A stretch of DNA of 12,805 nt from Candidatus Jordarchaeia archaeon. Its GTDB lineage: Archaea; Asgardarchaeota; Jordiarchaeia; Jordiarchaeales; Jordiarchaeaceae. Location: contig JAHQXB010000173.1 of NCBI GenBank assembly GCA_029856435.1, positions 1 to 12,805 on the forward strand. The letters run 5' to 3'. Below the pieces are notes generated by a model. That model saw only the letters and a list, made by a program, of their open reading frames with translations. It had not been told where the DNA came from and made no database searches. The stretch's first letter is position 1; every line of letters starts with the position of its first letter. Made by a program: the position numbers and the translations under genes. Positions 1-7,296 of the stretch are shown piece by piece.

Positions 1-46
1 CTATACCGGCACCTACAATTACCGCGTCAAAATCATAATCCATCAT
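1..46 (-). CDS. 5' end of a probable FAD/NAD(P)-binding oxidoreductase (partial, runs off the left edge)
   Basis: Not in the ORF track. My translation from ATG 46 (or ATG 43) gives MMDYDFDAVIVGAGI, the classic N-terminal Rossmann beta1-GxG start (D-x-x-I-V-G-A-G). Only 15 codons are visible. Confidence 0.6.
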   Translation of the reverse strand, partial: MMDYDFDAVIVGAGI

Positions 47-123
47 GAAAATCAATTCCTAAAACATATTCAAAAATTGTGTTTTAACTCCATTTGCCAC
101 CCTTTAAACTTTATTCTCAACAG

Positions 124-140
124 GAGGTTGTCCCATAATT
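124..140 (+). repeat. IS terminal inverted repeat (left)
   Basis: GAGGTTGTCCCATAATT is the exact reverse complement of 1641-1657. Confidence 0.9.
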
Positions 141-325
141 ATTCTAGGCTCTTTTTTTGTTGCTCCGGACATACAGGGTATGCCACAATCCTTCAACTGC
201 GGTGGCATGCGGCGTCAAGGCAAGCGCTCTATACTGACCAATACACCAATCTGCAACGGTTGTTTCTACCTGCCCTCCACTGCTCTCCTCCTATTGTCCA
301 TTCCTTTTCTTCCCTCTTTGGAGAT

Positions 326-1486
326 TTACTGTGCAGCAGCATAGGGTGTGAGCGGAGCTACCTGTTGTTGGAGGAGTTCCTTTACGGGTTTCACTGATGC
401 GGCCTCGGTCAGCTGGACCAGTATGAGAAGGTTGTGGGTGAAGCACATGAAGGCAGTTTCCACCTCTCGGTTTTCCTCCCTTCGGGAGCTGAGACTGGTG
501 CTGTTCCTAGACCAGAGGTTTCCGAACACCGCTTCCACGAGTCCCCGGTACCGGTACAGTTCCTTCATCTCTGAGAACATCTTCCTCAGACACGCCAGAA
601 GCCGGTTCTCCTTCTGTCCTTCGGGGCGGGTCTTGGGCTTGAACAGGGGAAGAAGGCCCTCTTTTAGGCTGCTCTTGAGGTTTTCCAGGTTGAAGTAGGC
701 TGAGTCCCCTAGAGTTAAGCCTATGAGTTCTCCCACTCTTCTTATCTTTTCGAGGAAGATCTGGGCGTTGGGGGATTCCAAGAACTCCCTGAGCCTCTCT
801 ATGAACGACGCGGCTGATCCCAGTACGGTTCTGACCCGTTCAGGCATCCCCGCTACCTCTCCTAGAATTCGCTTCTGGAGGTGGTGGAGTTCTCTGAGGA
901 AGGTGCTGAGGCTGCCGATGAGTTCCCTGTAGATGGGGGAGTCGTTCCTGTTTTGGGGGGTGAGCTTGTACCCCAAGATGAGGTTTGTGAAGAGTGTGGT
1001 TGTGATGTGGAGCTTCTGGTAAGCCTGTTTCAATACTTTCTTCATAGCACGGGTTGTTTCCTTCTTTTCTGGAACCGTGAGGCCTGTGGAGTCGGTCACG
1101 AGGAGCAGGAGGGGGAAGGGGAGGAGGAACACCACCGTCTTAACTACCTGTTTGCTCATCTCGTCTACGATGGGCTTCAGCTTAGGGTTTGTGGCGGCGC
1201 GCCATATGGTGTTGTCGTCGGGTGCTATGCCCACGAGCGAGGGGGCCAGCATCTCTAGAAAAACATAAGAGCAATGGATGATTTGTTTTATTACGGCGAG
1301 GGCGATCAGCTTTCCTAGAGGGTAGCTGCGCTGCCTTCCCCTTCCTCGTGGGCATCCAAGCTGACCGTCCTCGAAGTGGTTGAAGAGCGTCTCAACGAGA
1401 AACACTATCAGCCGGAGGAAGCGGGCCTTCCGCGCCCTGAAGTAGTTCTGGTAGTAGCTATCCCTACGTTTGTGAACCTTGTTCAT
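326..1486 (-). CDS. DDE transposase, IS4/IS5 superfamily (DDE_Tnp_1-like), 386 aa
   Basis: The catalytic triad appears intact: VTDSTG (D1), LGDSAY (D2) and YRYRGLVEAVFG (Y-x2-R-x3-E signature). It is preceded by an AGGTGA Shine-Dalgarno. Confidence 0.9.
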   Translation of the reverse strand: MNKVHKRRDSYYQNYFRARKARFLRLIVFLVETLFNHFEDGQLGCPRGRGRQRSYPLGKLIALAVIKQIIHCSYVFLEMLAPSLVGIAPDDNTIWRAATNPKLKPIVDEMSKQVVKTVVFLLPFPLLLLVTDSTGLTVPEKKETTRAMKKVLKQAYQKLHITTTLFTNLILGYKLTPQNRNDSPIYRELIGSLSTFLRELHHLQKRILGEVAGMPERVRTVLGSAASFIERLREFLESPNAQIFLEKIRRVGELIGLTLGDSAYFNLENLKSSLKEGLLPLFKPKTRPEGQKENRLLACLRKMFSEMKELYRYRGLVEAVFGNLWSRNSTSLSSRREENREVETAFMCFTHNLLILVQLTEAASVKPVKELLQQQVAPLTPYAAAQ

Positions 1487-1490
1487 AGAA

Positions 1491-1496
1491 TCACCT
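1491..1496 (-). promoter_or_regulatory. Shine-Dalgarno of the transposase
   Basis: AGGTGA lies 4 nt upstream of ATG 1486 on the minus strand. Confidence 0.6.
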
Positions 1497-1640
1497 GGGG
1501 AGGAATGTAGGCGCTTCCTCCCTTCTAAAACTTCCCCGCGGAACGAGCGTTCTCAGTATTTTAATTCAATACGTGCAGTGGGTGGCGCCATGCTCAACGG
1601 AGGGCTTGGCTTTCCCAAACCTGTTAAAAGAATCCAACAG

Positions 1641-1657
1641 AATTATGGGACAACCTC
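1641..1657 (-). repeat. IS terminal inverted repeat (right)
   Basis: AATTATGGGACAACCTC is the exact reverse complement of 124-140. Confidence 0.9.
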
Positions 1658-1884
1658 GGCGAAACCGAACAATTCTACATCGCCGTGGGCATGCACGAAG
1701 TCAACGTAGAACAGGTTGTTGAACTCCCCAAAGAATTCGGCCAGCACCCCCCTCAGCATCACCTACCCCCCTCAAATATTTTCCTCGCCCTCTCAACTAC
1801 ATAACATTTCCTTTCACCACCACTCCTCTTCCTCAGCGCGGCAAGCAGTGATGGAAGAGCGCCTCCAGACGCCCACCGCACCAT
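1658..1884 (-). pseudogene. GC-rich remnant of a translationally coupled ORF pair, cut by the IS
   Basis: ORF 1759-1884 (MVRWASGG...KIFEGGR*) overlaps through TGATG with an ORF starting at ATG 1759 (MLRGVLAEFFGEFNNLFYVDFVHAHGDVELFGFA), which has a GGTAGGTG SD-like sequence. That ORF runs into the IS right TIR and stops at 1643. No family recognised. Confidence 0.3.
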
Positions 1885-2241
1885 CCACTTCGTACTGAGA
1901 ACCGTGTTCTGTTTCTATCCCCCAATATAGCTGTTGATGAAAAGTTAAAAATGAAGTGATAAAAATATAAAAACAATTAACAATTCGAAAGTACTGCTTG
2001 GGGGATGGTGACTTGCAATTTTTAGTAATGCTGGGAACGGAAACCAACCTAACTAAAAAATTCTCGAGTTATGGGCGATTAAAAACCTCAAATAAACCCT
2101 GAGTTAACCTGCTTTTCATGATCCTGAATCAATTTTAAATAAAGCTACTGACTAAGTTTACAAAGATACCAAGAAGATATTAAAAACCCCACATTTTTTT
2201 AAAAACTATAAGAGTCAATTTTAGAGCATCGGTGGTCATCT

Positions 2242-3543
2242 GTGAAATACATTGTAATTATTGGAGACGGAATGGCAGACTATTCCCTAGAGGAACTGAA
2301 CGGGAAAACCCCATTACAAGTAGCCTATAAACCAAACATAGATTATATCGCTAGGAAGGGAAAGAACGGAATACTAAGAACCATCCCCGAAAAATTACAG
2401 CCAGGATCCGACATAGCAAACCTATCCATCCTAGGCTACGACCCACTAAAATACTATACAGGAAGAGGCCCCATAGAAGCGGTTTCACTTGGAATAAAAC
2501 TAAAGAGAGAAGAAACAGCTTTTAGATGCAACTTAGTAACACTAGAGAAGGGAAAAATGGAAGATTACAGTGCCGGGCACATAAACAGCAACGAAGCAAA
2601 GGAAATCATCAAAACTCTAAACAAAAAGCTGGGCAGCAACTCTATAAGGTTTTATAATGGGGTAAGCTACAGACACATCCTACTGATAAAGAATGAAAAA
2701 ACTGAAAGGGCAGAATGCACACCACCCCACGACATAACAGGCAAAACTATTACACCTCACCTTCCGAGAGGAGAAGGAAGCGAAATTCTACTAGAACTCA
2801 TTAAAAAATCCCAAGAAATTCTAAAAAACCATCCAATCAACATAAAAAGAGTTCAAGAAGGGAAAAAACCCGCAAACTCCATATGGCTATGGGGGCAAGG
2901 CAAAACCCCCCATCTAGAAAGCTTTAAGGAAAAATTCAGAGTTAAAGGCGCCATAATATCCGCAGTAGACTTAATAAAAGGAATAGGCAAACTAATAGGC
3001 CTCAAAACCATAGAGGTCCCAGGAGCCACAGGATACTACAACACAAACTATACTGGAAAAGCTGAATACGCCTTAAAATATTTGAAAAACTATGATTTCA
3101 TCTATATCCACGTAGAAGCCCCAGATGAAGCAGGACATGCTGGAGACATAGAAAACAAAATAAAAGCCATAGAAAACATAGACCAAAAAATAGTAGGAAA
3201 AATCCTGAACAATGTCACTGACCTAGACGACAACTACAAAATCGCAATCCTACCTGACCACCCAACCCCCATAAAAATAAAAACACACACCAACGACCCT
3301 GTCCCCATAGCAATATACTGCAACAACGAAAAAGGCGACAAAATACAAATATTTGACGAAAACTCAGCCCAAAAAGGGGCCCTAGGCTACTTAATAGGAG
3401 AACAATTCATGTGCCTCCTAACCAAAAAAGAACACTCTCAACCCAAACAACAAACCAGCAAAAACACTAATCCCTACAAAAAAACCAAAATACGAAGTAA
3501 AAAGGAAAGGGAAGAATTGGGAGGAGGGAAGGACCAAAGATAA
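2242..3543 (+). CDS. apgM: Cofactor-independent phosphoglycerate mutase, ApgM family (alkaline phosphatase superfamily)
   Basis: Motifs IIGDGMAD, GKTPL, PGSDIANLSILGYDP (catalytic Ser), TGRGPIEA, HVEAPDEAGH, PDHPTP and HTNDPVP. GTG start with GGTGG upstream. The last ~38 aa are low-complexity. Confidence 0.92.
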   Translation: MKYIVIIGDGMADYSLEELNGKTPLQVAYKPNIDYIARKGKNGILRTIPEKLQPGSDIANLSILGYDPLKYYTGRGPIEAVSLGIKLKREETAFRCNLVTLEKGKMEDYSAGHINSNEAKEIIKTLNKKLGSNSIRFYNGVSYRHILLIKNEKTERAECTPPHDITGKTITPHLPRGEGSEILLELIKKSQEILKNHPINIKRVQEGKKPANSIWLWGQGKTPHLESFKEKFRVKGAIISAVDLIKGIGKLIGLKTIEVPGATGYYNTNYTGKAEYALKYLKNYDFIYIHVEAPDEAGHAGDIENKIKAIENIDQKIVGKILNNVTDLDDNYKIAILPDHPTPIKIKTHTNDPVPIAIYCNNEKGDKIQIFDENSAQKGALGYLIGEQFMCLLTKKEHSQPKQQTSKNTNPYKKTKIRSKKEREELGGGKDQR

Positions 3544-3960
3544 GTTGGGAGAAGAGAAAAATAACAACATAGAAACACGCCACGCAAATCATATCAAAGA
3601 ACAAACTTCCCTTTCCTTCAATCAAAGTAAAATTTAGCGCTCTCCAGTAATATATAAAAATTTGTATTATCACATAAATACAAAGAAAATACTCCTTCAC
3701 TCTCCGCAAACATGGACTCAAAAATTCAAAACCCTAAACCAAACCTAACAAATATCACAAAACAAGAAACACTAAAAATCTATGAAAAACACCCTACTTC
3801 ACAAAATGCAAGATCACTAAATCATATCTAGAATACCAAAACCCAACAAACTCATGGACCAAAAAAAACAGTAACGCTTTCTGAATAGTGCTCCCATACT
3901 AATAATGTAAAACATAGATAAATCGAACTTCAAACTATGAAAAGTGTTTCTACATGTGAA

Positions 3961-3981
3961 TAAAAGAAAAAAGAAAAAGAG
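3961..3981 (-). terminator. Oligo-T archaeal terminator downstream of actin
   Basis: The minus strand reads CTCTTTTTCTTTTTTCTTTTA, about 20-40 nt after the actin stop codon. Confidence 0.55.
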
Positions 3982-4002
3982 GAGAGATACATTAGTACTA
4001 GT

Positions 4003-5157
4003 TTAGAAGCACCGGTGGATAGCGGCAGCGCCTTGCTCTTGATACTCCTTCCGAGTGACCCACATCTTCTGGAAAGTCTTCAAAGAAGATAATATGCTTC
4101 CGCCGATCCACACGGAGTACATTCTTTCTGGTGGCGCAATTATTTTGATTTCGATGTTTTCTGGCACTAGTTCACTAATCTCTTTATGCAGGCGCTCCTT
4201 AAGGCCGGGAAACATGGTGCTGCCACCGCTGAGAACAATGTTCCCATACAAGTCACGCCTCAAGTCAACATCGCACTTCTTGACACACTCCACTATTACC
4301 TCATCAAGAGGCATCGCATCCAGACCCACTACGCCCGGGTTAAAGAACACCTCAGGCGCCAAAAAGCGTTCGCTGGAAATTGTAATGGTTTCACCATCTG
4401 GCAACATGTAAGTCTTTTCCATACCCGCAACCTTCTCAGCTAGCTTCAGCTCCTTCTCAGGGTCCAGAGCAACGTAGCAAAGCTTTTCCTTTATATCACG
4501 CACAATTTCTCGCTCTGCGCTCGATACCAGAGAGTAGCCTCTTTGCCTCAGCAGTCGGCGGAGATACTCTGTAAGGTCTCTACCTGCGAGATCTATCCTA
4601 GTGATAGCATGGGTAAGTGCAAAACCTTCATATATGGGTACAATGTGAGTCACGCCATCACCAGAGTCAATCACCAGCCCGGTGGTTCGCCCAGAAGCAT
4701 ACAGCGAAAGCACCGCCTGCATGGCAACATACATTGCAGGTACATTGAAGGTCTCAAACATAATCTCCGCCATCTTCTCACGATTCTTACGCGGATTCAA
4801 AGGCGCCTCAGTCAGTAGCACGGGGTGCTCAGCAGGGTCAACCCTCAAATCATTAAAGAAAGTGTAGTGCCAAATCTTCTCCATAGCATCCCAATCATTA
4901 ACCGTACCATGCTCAACGGGATAGACTAGTCTCAGCACGCCTCGTAGGTTTAGGGCCTCTTCTCCGATGTAGTATTCTCGGGTGTAGTGTTCGACGTCGG
5001 TCATGATTGAGGCGTATTTTGGGTAGCCTATGCATGTAGGCCACACGGATCTTGGTTGGTCTTCTCCTGCGTATCCGTTTTTGGTTAGTCCTGTGCCATT
5101 GTCTAGGACTAGGGGTTTTGCGGCTACGAGTTCTTCTTCGGGTGGACCTATCGCCAT
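4003..5157 (-). CDS. Actin (Asgard Lokiactin type), 384 aa
   Basis: Actin-specific motifs: LVLDNGTG (phosphate 1), [64 protein letters not shown] (phosphate 2), [30 protein letters not shown] and C-terminal HRCF. It is much closer to eukaryotic actin than to MreB. No introns; prokaryotic gene neighbourhood. Confidence 0.97.
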   Translation of the reverse strand: MAIGPPEEELVAAKPLVLDNGTGLTKNGYAGEDQPRSVWPTCIGYPKYASIMTDVEHYTREYYIGEEALNLRGVLRLVYPVEHGTVNDWDAMEKIWHYTFFNDLRVDPAEHPVLLTEAPLNPRKNREKMAEIMFETFNVPAMYVAMQAVLSLYASGRTTGLVIDSGDGVTHIVPIYEGFALTHAITRIDLAGRDLTEYLRRLLRQRGYSLVSSAEREIVRDIKEKLCYVALDPEKELKLAEKVAGMEKTYMLPDGETITISSERFLAPEVFFNPGVVGLDAMPLDEVIVECVKKCDVDLRRDLYGNIVLSGGSTMFPGLKERLHKEISELVPENIEIKIIAPPERMYSVWIGGSILSSLKTFQKMWVTRKEYQEQGAAAIHRCF

Positions 5158-5441
5158 ATCTTTTTCCTCTTCTTTATTTTTTTATGATTCATTTATTTTT
5201 AGTGATTTTTATTTTATTTTTTTGTGGTTGGTCTTATTGTTGTTGGATGTGTTTTATCTTGCTTTTTACATTAAGTTTTTGTTTGATTATATTATTGATT
5301 TTGGTTCTTTTAAATGTTTTTTTTACCTAATCTTTATCATCGATATCATCCATAGAGTTGATGTTCCCTCTTTTGTTGAGATTACACAAATTATGTCTGA
5401 GTAGTAGTGCAGGATCGTTCTAAGCATAGTTTTCACTTAAA

Positions 5442-5456
5442 TTTTTATAATTAATA
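5442..5456. promoter_or_regulatory. Candidate bidirectional TATA-like element in the actin / wHTH-CARF divergent region
   Basis: TTTTTATAATTAATA lies roughly midway in the 535-bp intergenic region. Other TATA-like runs exist (5310-5315, 5651-5660), so the assignment is uncertain. Confidence 0.3.
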
Positions 5457-5692
5457 TGAGGGATGCAGTGACTATTTTTTGGAGGTGAAAAACTCACGTT
5501 TGGTATTATCGGGGGCTTTTTTGGGTTAGATTTATTATTTCGTGTTGGAAATTTTAATTTGGTATTGATTATGAGTTTCGCGCCCTGTTGGATTGTCTTG
5601 TGCCATTCTATCTAGAGAAAAAGGCGCCACTTTCAGTTTGGTGGGTTGGCTTTATTTATTTGGATTGATAATCCTAGGTGTTCAGTATTTAA

Positions 5693-6394
5693 TTGTTGTT
5701 GGGTGTGTTGGACTTGATTGATCCCTTGATAATTGTTGAACGGGCTATTGGAGGCGTTGAGGCGCGTCGGATTATTTTAAAGGAGTTGTTAGAGGGTCCT
5801 AAAACGGGGTATGAGCTTAGGGACGCTTTAGCTAAGGAGTTGGGGGTTAATGTAGATGATATTAGTGACGCTAAATTGTATTTTAATCTGCAGGCGTTAG
5901 AGAATAGTGGGCTTATTAATCGGTATCGTGAATGGAAAAGTAAGTATGCAGAGATTGTTCCAACTATGGTGCAGGCGGTTCGTAGGTATCTGAATGTTAG
6001 GGCGCCTATTTTGTGTTTGTGCAGTTTAGACAGTGAGCCTCTACTGGTGAGGGAAGTTGGGCGGCGCTTAAGGGAGCAGACAGGAATCGACCCTGATAGT
6101 TATGTTTTTATTGCGGAGAGCGAGATGCGTACTAGAGTTGGTGGTAAGCCAGACAATGCGGAGATTATTTGGATTCCTGAGTATGCGATGCATGATTTTA
6201 AGAGGATTTACGAGGTAGCCAAGAGTATTGTGGAAAGGGAAATAGGCAGAAAAGAAGTCATTCTAGATGTGACTGATGGTACTCGTATTAGTGTTGTAGC
6301 TCTGCAGCAATTAGCTTGGGAGTACGGTCTGCGTCTCTTCTATCTTAAGGGTAAAAAGGACGAAGCTCGCAAAGTTGTTTGGATCCGTGAGTAA
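5693..6394 (+). CDS. Putative transcriptional regulator: N-terminal PadR/ArsR-like winged HTH plus C-terminal CARF-like Rossmann domain
   Basis: N-terminus RRIILKELLEGPKTGYEL...ISDAKLYFNLQALENSGLI is a wHTH pattern. C-terminus ILCLCSL / DPDSYVFIAES / DFKRIYEVAKSIV / EVILDVTDGTRISVVALQQLAWEYGLRLFYL follows the CARF strand-helix order, including the D/N-x-T-G-G-x-K/R-like loop. TTG start; the true start may be a few codons later. Confidence 0.7.
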   Translation: MLLGVLDLIDPLIIVERAIGGVEARRIILKELLEGPKTGYELRDALAKELGVNVDDISDAKLYFNLQALENSGLINRYREWKSKYAEIVPTMVQAVRRYLNVRAPILCLCSLDSEPLLVREVGRRLREQTGIDPDSYVFIAESEMRTRVGGKPDNAEIIWIPEYAMHDFKRIYEVAKSIVEREIGRKEVILDVTDGTRISVVALQQLAWEYGLRLFYLKGKKDEARKVVWIRE

Positions 6395-6570
6395 GAATAA
6401 GCTTCGAATAGTATCTCTGGTAGCTCCTATATACGCTATTAAAAGCATATTTTAATTCTTTGCTTGGGAAATATAAGTTTATGGATGTTTGCCTAAAAAG
6501 AATCTACTTGGGTCTTTGATAGGTGATAAAAAGAGTTTCTGTAATTTTTCAAATTCTGAAATATTCTTAC

Positions 6571-7296
6571 CTATTTCTGGAAGGCTTGATTCTTGTAGGT
6601 GGGTACGGTATTTGTGATATTTAGTTGGCTGCAATATTGTACGTCTTTTTGGAATCCTATTTGTGTTAAGTATTGGGCGTTAGGCGTGTTGTATATTTTT
6701 TGGGTTATGTTTTTTGGAATAGGGCTGTTTTGAATGTATTTTTTTATTATTTGGGCGGCAATGTAATCTTCTGGTGCATATTCGTCAAGTCTTCCCACAT
6801 GGATTATTGTGATTGGTTTTCTTGTCTTTAGAGCCATTTTTTTAGCTTTTTGGGCTACCGATTTGGCATTAATTAAGCAACCTATAAAAAGGTGTGGAGC
6901 GGTTCGGGCGTTGTTCGCCACTCTTGTAAGGTTAGTGGTGGTAAGTATTATTATTTTCCCTTTTACTATTTCAGGTTTGTATTCGAGTGGGCTGTTTCCT
7001 AGTTGAAAATTTTGAATTTTGAATCCTTGTCTTTCTCCCGCGAGGACGACTTTGTCTCGGATTTCTTGCGCCAGTTTTTTTGCCTCTTCTACTGTTGCGG
7101 CTGTTATAACTTTTTTAGCCCCATTGTCTAATGCAGTAGTAATTGTTGTGCTGGCTCTTAAGGTATCAACCAGCACTACAATGTGTTTTTTTTGTGCTGC
7201 TCTTAAGGCCCCTCGTGTCCCGAATGCGAGGTGAACTAAGTCTTCCCCGTCTTGATTTCGCTTTTCCTTTTCTGGAATTAGAGACATTTTTTTCAC
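6571..7296 (-). CDS. comB: 2-phosphosulfolactate phosphatase
   Basis: Motifs VVLVDTLRASTTITTAL, LAGERQG, GNSPLE, ILTTTN, LFIGCLINAKSVA and APEDY. The GTG start overlaps the comA TGA (GTGA); an alternative ATG is at 7287. Confidence 0.9.
   Translation of the reverse strand: MKKMSLIPEKEKRNQDGEDLVHLAFGTRGALRAAQKKHIVVLVDTLRASTTITTALDNGAKKVITAATVEEAKKLAQEIRDKVVLAGERQGFKIQNFQLGNSPLEYKPEIVKGKIIILTTTNLTRVANNARTAPHLFIGCLINAKSVAQKAKKMALKTRKPITIIHVGRLDEYAPEDYIAAQIIKKYIQNSPIPKNITQKIYNTPNAQYLTQIGFQKDVQYCSQLNITNTVPTYKNQAFQK

Larger units (their letters stand above)
124..1657 (-). mobile_element. Insertion sequence, IS5/IS4-like DDE type, 1,534 bp
   Basis: Perfect 17-bp terminal inverted repeats (124-140 and 1641-1657) bracket one transposase ORF. 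The interior is GC-rich (34/60 G+C at 841-900) relative to the AT-rich intergenic DNA outside. No flanking direct repeat is visible. Confidence 0.9.
1549..1902. repeat. 10-bp inverted repeat pair GTTCTCAGTA (1549-1558) / TACTGAGAAC (1893-1902)
   Basis: The two 10-mers are exact reverse complements. The right copy coincides with the GC-rich to AT-rich boundary near 1905. Confidence 0.4.

Noticed and set aside
77-1268. Plus-strand ORFs overlapping the transposase (77-397, 348-698, 723-932, 881-1258, 1077-1268)
   Set aside because: They are antisense shadows of a GC-rich CDS with no recognisable motifs; 77-397 also crosses the IS boundary.
118-1640. CAACAG just outside the left TIR (118-123) and just inside the right TIR (1635-1640) as a target duplication or inversion signal
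   Set aside because: The geometry does not fit a TSD (one copy is internal), and a 6-mer match is plausible by chance.
1479-2047. ORFs 1479-1709, 1716-1898 and 1814-2047
   Set aside because: They cross IS or compositional boundaries and lack SD sequences and protein-like composition.
3467-3721. 84-aa hydrophobic minus-strand ORF as a membrane protein
   Set aside because: The hydrophobicity follows from the T-rich skewed strand, and it overlaps the apgM 3' end.
4055-4867. Plus-strand ORFs inside actin
   Set aside because: They are antisense shadows of a well-supported gene.
4003-5157. Eukaryotic contamination or chimera as the source of actin
   Set aside because: The gene has no introns, has archaeal SD and terminator signals, and has Asgard-type features (longer D-loop, HRCF end). 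The neighbouring genes are archaeal.
5158-5353. MDDIDDKD as a first exon spliced to actin through an AG|GTAAAA donor-like site
   Set aside because: The TAG stop precedes the GT, no acceptor AG restores the frame convincingly, actin already has its own SD and ATG, and the context is prokaryotic.
5030-5404. Phe/Leu/Ile-rich ORFs 5030-5404 and 5052-5330
   Set aside because: They are products of T-rich low-complexity DNA and overlap the actin start on the opposite strand.
5456-5529. Perfect GGAGGTGA at 5481-5488 with tiny ORFs (MRDAVTIFWR; MKNSRLVLSGAFLG)
   Set aside because: No start codon at a proper SD spacing leads to a credible ORF.
3544-5692. Canonical archaeal origin (ORB/mini-ORB boxes, cdc6/orc1)
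   Set aside because: I found no GTTCCAGTGGAAAC-like repeats by eye and no initiator gene is present. An origin is therefore not annotated as a feature, only raised as a hypothesis.
5693-6570. CRISPR array or cas locus accompanying the CARF-like gene
   Set aside because: No regularly spaced direct repeats or cas genes occur anywhere in the window.
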